Below, piece after piece: positions 1 through 11,046 of a stretch of DNA of 64,000 nt. Below the pieces are notes generated by a model, which saw only the letters and a program-made list of their open reading frames with translations, ran no database searches and was not told where the DNA came from. Positions within the stretch are counted from its first letter, which is position 1, and each line of letters begins with the position of its first letter. The position numbers and the translations under genes were made by a program. Source of the stretch: Amoebophrya sp. A120 (lineage: Eukaryota > Protista > Dinoflagellata); the NCBI GenBank assembly GCA_905178155.1, contig CAJINV010000003.1, positions 2,893,715 through 2,957,714 on the forward strand, read 5' to 3'.

Positions 1-1330
1 AGCGGTTGTTGTACAGCCTCTGCGATGCGGCCCGACCACGGTGTTGGTGCCGGTGCGGCGCGAAAAGCCATAAGCTTCTCAAAAGACGAACTTGCAGCAG
101 CATCAACTTCCGAGGAGACGGAACTTTTTTTCTCGGCCTTGCGGGTTTTCCGGGCCGCCGCGTTAGGCTTACTCATTGCGGAAGATGAACCTCCAGGGTT
201 TCGGCCTCCACCACGATGAAGCTGTTGTTGATCGTCCGCACTTAATATTTCTACATCTGGATCCTCGATCGGGGTGCTGCTGTGGCGCGACGCACGTGGA
301 CCGTTCCTTTTGCCCGGACGATAGGTGAAGATTTTTCCTTCGGCCGAATCTCGCAGTTTTTGTGACGTGTGGCGAAGGACAAAGGGGTCAACATCCGCCG
401 ACGCAAGCGGAAAATAAATACCGCCTTCCTTTCGTCCTTCCCAAGTTCTTCCGGCTTTCGCTTTTCCACTCGGGCCTTCTTGGCGACGGAGGTTCCGCGA
501 CTCGCGGAAAGAAGTAGCAGTAACAGGCTCGAAAACAGAAATCAGTGGAGGCACAGGCGGGCCGGCTGAAGTGCGACTGTCACGAGCCGCTGTGCTGGGA
601 AAAGATGGCAAAGCTGCTGGCTCAGCTTCATCCCCCGATTTCACAGAAGAACGAGAAGCACAACACGAGGACCAGCAAGAGAGGTCGCTGCCCAAAATGG
701 AGGGGTGCGGCAGCTTAACATCATCTTGCGCCTCGGCGGCAGTTCGTCCCCTGCTGAGGATCATTGTTGCCAGATTCGCACACGCCCGGACTCTCGGCAA
801 CCTCGGTGTCATCATTGGTTCTGAGCTCGAGATGAATTCTGTGAGGCTGGTGTCGCTTTCTTCGGTCGTGTTTCCGGAGCCAGTAGTTGTTCCTGCTTGT
901 CCGGCCGCCTTACGAGGCGGGACGTCGCCTTCTTGTTGCATCTCTTCATCATCATGTTGCAGTGCGGCACGCTGTTGTAGTCCGAAGGAAGAGCAGCTTG
1001 TTCCGAAGTTCATCTTCCCGTCACGCAGTAATCTCACAGAATGGCCCCGAGGCAAGCGAAAGGCGGGGTGGCAGTCGGAGACGGAGTCCGAGTCGTTTCT
1101 ACCGGTATAATTCAAGCCGAGGTTGTTCATCTTGCCTTCCACGAAGAATTCTGCATCGCGCGTCCCCAAAAACCCGTTAAGAAATGCGCGACAAATTATC
1201 ACGACACCAAATCCCACAAGGCGAACCTCTCCGCGCCAACCACGTCCCCGGGCTGCCGCAGCACGGAAACCACTCCGGTTCGACAGATAACTGCACATCC
1301 TCTTCGCTCCGCGCGTTTCTGTCCGCTGGT
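1..1330 (-). CDS. Hypothetical protein, partial (frame open to window edge)
   Basis: Minus frame read by hand is stop-free from about 1330 to position 1 (…EFFVEGKMNNLGLNYTGRNDSDSVSDCHP…GSGNTTEESDTSLTEF…). It is low-complexity Ser/Ala/Pro-rich; the upstream exon structure is unresolved. Confidence 0.45.
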
Positions 1331-1903
1331 CCTAGTCGTTGACTTCTCGTCCACAACTATTAACTTTATTCCTGCTGCAAGAACTACCCGAACTTTTGAC
1401 TCGAAGTTCTTTAGGTCACCTTCTTCTTTTCGTATATTATGCCGGCAGAAAAGAAGACTTGGACTTCTAGTCTGAAGCCTCACAATATACATTCCGGAAG
1501 TAGAAGAACTTGTGTCCTTTATTTCCGCTGCTGCTCCTGTTCCTCGTACGCTTTTTCGTTATTCTGCATTCCTCCTGTGGCCCTCTTTTGCTAATGCTCG
1601 GCTTTTTTCGAAGTCCCGGCCGGAAGTTGTACAGTACTTTGCTGGAGTTCACCTTCACCGCTTAGGGCGATGCTTGCATATCTACTTCTTGTCAATGGAA
1701 AACATAAGTCACTCTCAACAAATATTACCGACATTTTTTCTATCTGTAATACGGGTACAGGTAGAGCAATCAAAACGCCACACTTCTCTAATATCTTGGT
1801 CAAGGAATACTCGTACGAGATCGAAGAGATTATCTTCATGGGCCAGAAAAACATCTGCAGCCGCCCCTGCCGACGCACGCGAGTACGAATTCGGCAGCAG
1901 ACA

Positions 1904-2500
1904 CTACAATCGCGCTCGCGCCACGCCACCAAGTAGCACTTGATAAACAACATGACAGAACGCGAGGCCAACGATGCGGGCGAAGGAAACCATCCACCCG
2001 ACGAGGCGAGGGCCGGTCCTCTCCTGGGAGAATGATACGCCCAACACCCATCCGGCCGCGCGCGCGGCCGTAATAAATGCCGCCACTCGTGTGGCCAGCG
2101 CGCGCCTGCCGCACGAAGGCACGCACTGAGGCAGCCGGGGAAGGGCCGGGCGCCGGCCAAGGGCGGGGCCGCGGCGCCCGAGCCGTGTGGCCGCTGGCCG
2201 CAACACTCGAAGCGCCGAATGGTGAGCCTGATACTCCGGCGGCCGCAAACTTGGCTTTGCTAGCCGAATTCTCCGCAAATGGAACGCCAAGTAGTCATCG
2301 CCGAAGTTCTCCCTTGCCCACGCTGCAATATCGGCTACGTCCCGGCACAACAAGGGGGTCGGGGAAATACATTGGCCGAAATCTATGCAAACCAAGTCCG
2401 GACTCAGGTTGTCCTGCTCCTCATCCTTGTAAAAGCTCACGCACGGATCGTCTGGGAAAAGCGATACTCTTGGCTGCAAAGAGATAGCGTCGTCCCGCAT
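1904..2500 (-). CDS. Possible coding exon of unknown protein (contains LVCIDFGQC)
   Basis: 198-aa ORF. The DFG-like motif is not accompanied by other kinase motifs, and it could not be spliced cleanly to its neighbours. Confidence 0.25.
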   Translation of the reverse strand: MRDDAISLQPRVSLFPDDPCVSFYKDEEQDNLSPDLVCIDFGQCISPTPLLCRDVADIAAWARENFGDDYLAFHLRRIRLAKPSLRPPEYQAHHSALRVLRPAATRLGRRGPALGRRPALPRLPQCVPSCGRRALATRVAAFITAARAAGWVLGVSFSQERTGPRLVGWMVSFARIVGLAFCHVVYQVLLGGVARARL

Positions 2501-3755
2501 CTGGAACCGGCAACAGACGCAAACGCAAGTCGGTAAGACCCCGGCAGCAGACGCAATCGTGTTGCGCCGACGTCAGCATACGTTCAAATGATGACCTAAT
2601 GACTGAAGATAATTATGCAAGAACGCAAGGCTTGTCTGTCATGTCTCATCTCTCTGTTCATAATTCTTGTTCGCTGCTCTACCATTCACAACTACGCGAG
2701 CTGCTCTCTGACTCGTCTCCTGCTTGACTTCATCATAAGAAAAGGAAAACCCAATCGACTCATGAACTCGTGTGAATTCACGACTGAATCATCTCCTCGA
2801 CGACACTGGTGCGTCTCGCTCTCGTGCACTCCAAGTCAAGAGACCATACTGGCAGCGAAAAACAAACCAACCCACTGGACCCTCGCCTGACATTCCTGTA
2901 GTGCGTGATCGATTAGGGCTTTCATTTTTGTTATGCTTTTGTAGAGTATATTCGCGGAGGACTTCATCATGTAGTTCGTGTTCCTGTCCAAACGTACTCG
3001 CGCTGTTTCATTTTGCGATTTCATTGTGGCAAGGACATCAAATCTAAAGCTCTACATCTACAAGTGCATTTCCTCAGTTGTAAATATACAGCATTTTATG
3101 GAGAGACGTAGGTACTTCTGTTAAGTAGCCTGAAGCAGGCAGAGGAAAGAATCGCTTCTGAACGGTGTTGAGGGCACAAGCTCTACATTTACGGTACGTC
3201 AACAGCCGAAGCGAGTCATCTCTTGTTGTACAGCTCCTCTCCCGACCACAAGGTCAAGCCTGCAAGCAGGCCTGCTGAATAGTATAAATTTAAATTCTGA
3301 ATTCTGGTATCAAATGCAAATAGTGAAAATAAAGAACCGTGACGAGGGTTGAAGGTTTTCTCAAGAACTTTCTTCTGCATCGGTATCACTTTCCGTGCCC
3401 CCTCACAGTGCATGAGAAAATGAAGTCTCATGCACTTGTTGCATAGTAAACCATAGTAAACCAAATCATCTTCATTTTTTGCGATATAGTGTTAAACATA
3501 AAACTAGGCGTTTTTTCTGTATTCTTAAGCAATAAACCACTGACATTTACACGATGCAAATAACTGTATTCTCGGCGAGAATCGCCGCGAGGAGGATGGT
3601 TGGGACTACAAAACCGATGACAAGTTCTTCTCCTCCAGAAATGAAAACTGTATTATGAAAACTGTATTCTTAGGTTCTCAAGAACATACTCTAGAGCGGA
3701 TCATTTGTACTTTTTGAGTGAAGGAGGGGCAAGTAACATTCTCTGCCTTCGACTT

Positions 3756-6700
3756 CTATTTCCCGGTGTCGGTGGGGAACATTTCGCTGCCCCAACTACC
3801 AGCCCACCCGCAGCTGACACCGCCGCCGATGCCGTCCTCCAGAGGTTCGTTCAGAAGAGCGAGCGGCAGGTCGCGCCTTCTCTCGTCAGTCTGCACGTTG
3901 TAGTACACCCGGATGTCACTCTCGTCGTCGAACGCAATCCACGGTGACAGCGCCCGGGCCAGGTTGTGCGCTGCGCCCCCTCCCAATGTCACTGCCGCGG
4001 CGGAAATGTTTCCGAAATCGAACGTGCTGATAGCCGGTACCTGTACGCGTTGACATGAAAAATTCAAGTACATGCGGAAGTGGAGATGGACGTGGAGGTG
4101 GACAACGAATGACAATGAGAAAAAAAATGCGGCACAAGCACAACTATTAGCTGCTGCGAAAATAAAGTTTCAGAACAAGAAAGTTCAAACAAGTTGTACC
4201 TTATGCGTTTGTGTTGAAAAGGAACGGAGGATAATCGGAACGTGATTTCTCCTCCCACCGCGTTGATGCCACTCCTGGAAGCATTCTCCGCAATACGCGT
4301 CTGTTTTTTGCATTTTCGTTTGTATCCCATGTCTACTGCCAGCGTTGCTGTGTGTGCCCGGCAACTCGTGACTAAAAAAAGTAAGAACGGGAAAAACCAC
4401 TATCATGAAAAACAAAAAATGGAAATACCTTGGCATTGCACGCAGTGGTAAACAGCAAGTGCCTCTTCGCACTCCGCACAGGTACCCAGCTCGACCCAAG
4501 TTCTACGATGGTGTTTTCTCCTGCCCTTGCTGTGCAATCGGTCAAAGCACTGCTGGCAAAACAAATCTCGGCAGTGATCGCAATACCTTAGTTTTGTTTG
4601 TTTTGATTATGTTCTTGTAAGAACGATTACTCTCTAAGTTGATTCTTTCTCGACATTGAGCAGCACGGCTTCAACATACTGACTCATGTATCAAAACAGA
4701 ATTTCAAATGTCTTCTATAGCGCTCTTACTTCCACAACACAAAAAGATTATCAAATACAGGACGGCATCTCGCGGGTTCGCGCTTGGGGCGCACTCTACG
4801 CACTGCATGACGGCTCGGGTTTGCTGTTCCTGAGCGGCCTTTGCGCGCTCGTAGTTGCCCACGATGTCTCGATACCTCTGCATCAAGTTTCGAAAGTCCT
4901 CCACGTCCTGCACGGCGCGCTTCTCTTTGACCACCACCGCATAGTGCCGCAATGCCCGCTTCAGCACGTGCACGAGGTAGGGCTCGTTTTTGATGTCGAT
5001 TTTGAAAATTCGTGCCATCTCGAGGACGTTCTCGACGGTCTCCTCTTTCGGGTACCTGAGATGAAAGCAAGTAATTTCCTGCGGTTGTTACGCTTGACTG
5101 CATGCAAGTGAATATTGAAATTCAGATTGATTGTGGGTTTGCGTCTGCCTCTGCGCAGGAAAAAGAATGCATGACGAAGTTCTACGCCTTGATCATAGGG
5201 ATACATACCGAAACCGATGCGCACAATCAATATGCATGAAAAATCACAATACACTCCGCTGACTTCTGCCTCCCACGTAAAAAGGGTCGAGAAGAGAAAC
5301 TCGATTTGAAACGCCATGATCGCCTTCCAGTGCGGCAGGGTCTTCTGCTTCCGGCACACTTGCAGCATTTGCTTGTACCTGTTTTGTGTTGAATTTTTTG
5401 CAGTCTCTGGGAGCGCAAATTGACTCGCCTATGCAGAAAAACCGGTATTGAAGTGGTGCTGGAAGCTGTCCTCGTTATTTCTCGCCTAAGATAAAGATGA
5501 ATGTCCACGACCTACTGCATATAAACTTCTTCATTCTAGGAAAAAACCAGTTGTACTTGTCGTAGTGTGGGTGTTTCCAGGTCGACTCCTGCGTTCTCCC
5601 GTCGACCCAGTAGAACATTCCGTTACTGCAGTACTGGTAGTAATCCGAAGGCAGCGGCTCGTTCATAAATTCGTGTACCACCCAACTGTAGGGTTCGTCA
5701 GTGTCGTAGTTAAAACCGAGGTATCGCTCGCATTCCTCAAGTGTTGGCTGGGTTCCGTTGGCGCAATACAAAATACCTGTGGTTTCGCGCAAAAAAATTT
5801 TTTGGCCCCTCTCCCTTTGGCGGGTTGATAAATATTTTCGTCAGAGCCTGGTGGGTCGGTGCATGTGCAACAAAAAGACGCATGAAATTGTTACCGTCGA
5901 CTACGGTTTTCTGATCCACGTTCTGCGCAACTGCAATTTGCACGGTATCCTCTGTCACACCGAAAGTCTGCCACGGCCCCGCTGCAAACATACCCATGTC
6001 CTTGTCTTGGGTTTCCAAAACCTGATTTATTTCATCAAAGATGGGGAGACAACGGGGATTGGTGTCATGAGAACTTTGTTTATGTACATCTCATGATTTG
6101 GTTTTGCACGCAAGGATGTATGACACAACGCCACTACACGACAACAATTGCACCAGTACCGTGAGGAGCTGATCCCAAATTTCTGCGATGTTTGGATTCC
6201 ACTCGAAGAGCGTAAAATCTTCGGCCACGGCGGATTTTGGAAGGTAAATTATCTGAAATTCCGGGCCGAATGATCCTGCGTATGTTGTTTCGAAAAAGAT
6301 GCGAAGGACTACCCGAGTTAAACTGACAGATCGCAATCGTTGTCATTCATGCCTTTTCCAGCAAATAAAATGCTGCCTACCTTCCCTCGTCATAAAGACG
6401 ATTTCGTCCTCGTCCCATTTTATTATTGCTTTGTAGCCCACTGGTATGTGGTACTTGCCTTCGATTTTGTACTTGCTTCCGTGTACCTTGTGTGTCAACA
6501 TTTTTCCTCATTTTTTTGCTCACCGTTCTACAGCCTGTCTCGGAAAAACGAACTACATAACAATATCATTGCGCCCTTTTGTACTTCTCCAGTCCTTGTC
6601 CTACACAACTCTGTATCATGTCGAGAATTCAAACCACAAGATATTTCGCAGTACCCCTTGGTATTTCATCCCGAAAGACATGACCAGAAAGGGCTGATCG

Positions 6701-6822
6701 TCGCGAATCATGAGGTGCCCCTCCCGCTCGCGACGGAAGTCCTGGAGGTTCTCCGTCTGCTCGACGGCCCTCATTTGGTCGAGGTGCGACCCCATGTGCA
6801 CGTCCGGTTGCTGGTCCCCCAT
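3756..6822 (-). CDS. WW-domain and B-box zinc-finger protein (CEP164-N-like WW module), 10 exons
   Basis: Nine GT-AG introns give one frame: 6487-6654, 6276-6380, 6022-6159, 5777-5894, 5379-5556, 5056-5252, 4587-4758, 4301-4428, 4041-4199. Motifs: YLGFNYDTDEPYSWVVHEFMNEPLP..FYWVDGRTQESTWKHP (WW); CVEC..YCDHCRDLFCQQCFDRLH and CAEC..HCVQCQDAYCGECFQEWH (B-boxes); a second WW-like SPWIAFDDESDIRVYYNVQT. Confidence 0.8.
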
Positions 6823-8421
6823 CTTGCTAGGGTGTTTCCTTGATCAAGATGACAAGGAGGAAAAGCGCGGTCGTTTGGACGCTAATCACGACACTTCTTT
6901 CAGACAAAGCAGCTTCCTTGTGCTACTTGAATGAAAGCGTCACTGTTTCGTGGACTGAAACGGAAATTCCAGTGCTATTCTGGAATTCGATAGTGTCGAC
7001 GGCTTCGGCGATGATACTGCTCGCGAAACGACGAGCGGCTGCGTAGATCGCCAAAAAGAGCCGGAGAAAATGATCTGCAGTCGTACGTCAAGCGGTACAA
7101 CTCCGGCTGGTTGCGTATATTCGACCACTTCTAGGGAGCGCGTCACACGTCGCGACTGCTTTTCGACTAGGTATTAGATGACCCACGGCGCGCTTTAGCC
7201 CAGCGATGATCGTGGGCACGCGGTGCGATCTTCTTCTTCTTCGCTGTCTCGTCACGTAAGCAGCTACGTCGGATGAAGTCCCTTTTTACTGCTCAATTGG
7301 CTGGCTGAAGCTAGCAAGTTCTGCGAAACGACCGCTCGATCAGCTAGTACAAACTGGCCAGAGAAGAGATGACTCCTTCTATTTCCTCGCGTAATAGCTG
7401 GAAGATCACAGATTCTCGTCCGTCTCTGTTGCGACGTCACAGCAGCAATGCCGTAGGCTAGTCCGTGGGGTCGTCGGAGCTGCAGCGCAGCTAATCACGG
7501 AGGAAGCCCCGTGTGGTGCGAGTCGTCTGTGCGAAGCAGAAGTGAGGGACTCGCACTCAGTGCCTCAACCGGCATCGAGGCGGAACCGATCGCACGGTGT
7601 CCCCATATATCTTCTCCTGATTAACCAAGAGCAAAAAGGAATTCTCTTCGCAGCAATCTGTACTTCGCCCCTAGCGTAGCTAGCCTCTTGGTGATTTCTA
7701 TTTTTGTCTGAGAGTAAATACAGGTGGTGGGTGATGATCGTATTGATGACATGTAGGTAGTTTGTTGTGTGGAATTCCCTGTCGAAGATGTCGAAATTCA
7801 AATTTTCGTAAAGTGCAAGACTATCATGAGAAACCCTGGTTTAGGTTTACCCCCACTTCAGACAACGACGAGCACCCTTAACGACTTTGACGTACAAACA
7901 TGCAAATGCATTTCCGCTTGATATAGAACTTCTATACTTATTCTACTCAAGCCCATTGCTACGACCTACGAAGTCCTTCCCAATAGTGCGATCACTCATC
8001 GCTCAATTCGCTCTTCATTTCCAGTGCGCGCCTGGGCCGGCTCTGATAAGATAAGTACTCTCAATTTCAACTCATTCTCGTCAGACACATGTAAAGAACG
8101 ATGCGAGTAAATCAATTCAAGACCACGCTCCTGCTGTTCTTAGCACGCATGGTCGTGCTTGTGCTAGGAGTTGAACACCTTGAAACATCTGCAACTTTCA
8201 GTAGTTCTGTGGTCGGAGATGGAGCGATTAAAACTGTGCTCTGCTATACTGTTTTTGCGAGTTGTTTCTCGTCGTTTATTTGAATTTCTATTACAACACG
8301 CGTGGCAAATTCCGATGCAAAAAATCGATTTATGCTCAATATGTCGATGTTGCAAATGAATGTCGCGGTCTGCTCTTGCAGATAAAGAGGGAATGATCCT
8401 ATTCCTGCACAGTTTTTCCCC

Positions 8422-10315
8422 TCAATCGCGGGCGGACGTAGATGCCATGCTTATCGGCGACTCGTTCTCGCATTTTGACAGAGAACTGCCCGGTGTCGTA
8501 TCTGCGTCGAACAGTAACCGCGATGCAAGATTTGATGCGGCGCTGGCCTGGTCGTCTTTGATGTCCGGGGAGCAAGAATCTGCTGCAGACCCGGTCGTCT
8601 TCCGCGCACTTGATGGTGCACACGGGGTGGTTTGTTCTACGGAAGCAGATGAGCGCTGCTCCTTCTCTACAACTTCCGCCCCCTCCTTCTGCGGCTCCTC
8701 CTCGGCGACGGAGGGGAGCGCGGCCCCGGAGGAAACGGATGACAGGTAGGAAAATTCCCGGTCGAACTCTTCTGCGTCCGTGCTTGTCGGTCGGGAAGTA
8801 GAACTCGCGTGCCCGAGAGTAAGGCTTCCCCGCGGCAGCTCGTGCACTCGCGAGTTCGCGTAACAAGTCCCCATCACGGTCGCGGCCTTGGTCAGAACCC
8901 GGCGCGTTGTCGTGCTTGAGGACTTCAAGGCGAGCGGCTCTCGAACCTGCTCGTCGCCGTCTGTAGTTGATATCACGGAGGAACAGGGAGAGGACGCAGC
9001 TCCTACGGAGGGGTCGTTATTTCTAGTTAGTTGTACCCCTCGCGCCGTAGTAGTTTCAGCGACGCTGTCGCTGTCTTCCGCAGCAGCGCTAGTAGTACCT
9101 CCGGCGGTGTCGCTTCTTTGCACGTCTGGCTTGGACGTTGCACCCTGTATTTCCGCCGTTGGGCTAGCGTTCGTTGGCACGGTCCGCGCGCGCTCCATCA
9201 GGGAAAGTTTGCTTCTGCCCGAGGTGGCCGCGCCGGACGTGGTGTGGGACCGCTTGATGGTTCGACGCAAGGAGCCAGAGTGGGACTTGTAGGTGATTTC
9301 CACGTCCATATCCGTGTTGTTCTCGAGATCGAGCAAACTCCGGATTTTGTAATCCACCTTGACCAGATTGTCCTTGTTGGCCTTGCGGTTCCAAAGCTCC
9401 ACCTTCTGTCGCCCCTTCGCCAGCGACAACACCGCGCCAGAGATGGCGTCCTGCGAATCCTCCTTCTCGAGAAACGAAAAGTGACCGCCAATCACACCAA
9501 GGACCAGGTCAGTAAACATGTCGATCCTGCGTGAATTTCGAAATTGGGTTCGTGGAGGTTTTAATAACGAGGCTCTTGACAAAAATGAGGCATGGAAAGA
9601 CACAGAAAAAAAAAGCCTTTTTCTAGTACGATCTGTGAGTGATACTACTATCCAAAGTAACAAGTAGTACCTTTTCTTGTTCACTGCCGCCAGCGTGTCT
9701 CGGCTCATAGTCGTGAGAATCCAGCGACCACCCTCCTTATTCTCCGGATCCTCCCATTCGGGACGAATGCCTTCACGAAAGACGCCCAAGCTACCCTGCG
9801 CGAAGCCAAAGTTGATGTTGTTCCAACATCTCCAAAACTCCTGCACAGTGGCGACGTTGCAAACCTGGTTTTATTGATTGTCGATGCTCGTTCTCCGCAA
9901 TGAATCACATCAGCAAAACGGTCGGAGCGTGAGAAGATTTAAAGCGTAAGCTGAAAGTGAAATGACCTGATAGTCGAATTAGATTGTGAAGCAAATAATC
10001 AAGTACTCTTGATATTCCGCTGGCGTAGTCCTTTTTTCGCTGGGCGTCGAACCAGATCGTGTAGACCTGGGGGAGTTTGAACACTAGTGTCGCCGGCACC
10101 ATCTTGAGGCCACTGGGGTTTACCACCAGCAGATCCGCATTCGAGATCATCGGCGCGACCTCGTCTTCACTGAGCCACTCGGCATCGCTGCCTAGGTCGT
10201 CGGCAACAGGAACCACGTCCTCGTCCTCGGGTAAATCGCCCCAATTCAGAATCTGCCGCGTCGGAGACATGCACAGCCTCTCCTGTTCAGGACTCATGGC
10301 TGATAAGTAGACCAT
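8422..10315 (-). CDS. eIF4E: eIF4E-family cap-binding protein with long Ser/Thr-rich C-terminal extension
   Basis: Motifs LPQVYTIW, TVQEFW, FREGIRPEWEDPENKEGGRW, ISGAVLS and KVELWNR. GT-AG introns at 9865-10006 and 9527-9670. Confidence 0.85.
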
Positions 10316-11046
10316 CACGCCGAGGCCGAGCGCATGGGGAGATTCGCTATCGCAATTCTGTTCTTGTTTCTCTTGTTTCTGTTTCTACTCGTACTCGGTA
10401 CAAAGGGAGGTGCACTATGTTCATTTACTTTTGAATGTCGCTTCTTTCTTCAACCTGCTTCCACTAAGACATTCACATTGTTCACATAGATCAAACTATA
10501 TCACTGACGGGGTTTTTGTGGAAGGTGGAGTTGAAGAAGTCATCATGATCGCTTTTTCATTCTTTTTTGATGAATTTATTTTGTCGGCCGCAACAACCTG
10601 ATCGCTGTGTGAATTTTCGCTGGATTTTCTGAGGAGGCATGATCGATCATGTTTCCACGAGGAGCATAGATTTGTACACTACGATTGCGACAGAGTGAAG
10701 GGAACCAGAAAGTAGAGCTCAGGCGATGGTAAAAGTTGCGAGCCACGACGCACGAAGCACGCACGACAAATTTTTTTGGATCGCGGCAAAACTAGAGAAC
10801 AGAGCTCTGATGTGTGATCTTCATTTCCGCTTTCAATTTCTTTCAATGATCATCATCGGCACGGCCTATATGCTCTCTTTCTGTGCAGCCTGCTTTGTTT
10901 TCTGCGCAGCTATGACTATGAACCATCTTTTCATCTGTAAAAACTTTTGATGTAGTGGTAGCCACTCAATTTGATATGTTCAACAAGAATAGGCGCGCCA
11001 TTGGGAAAAACCTCACCATCATCGGGAAAAACTCACTTTTTGCCGT

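Noticed and set aside
1675-1860. Possible degenerate IR intron (TGCA repeat, TATCT start)
   Set aside because: The IR match is only about 8/13, and removal did not give a clean continuous frame.
1460-1910. In-frame TAG/TAA codons suggesting stop-codon reassignment (reported in one Amoebophrya lineage)
   Set aside because: Long ORFs elsewhere (up to 2083 aa) have no in-frame stops and end at ordinary stops. The local structure is more likely unresolved introns or decay.
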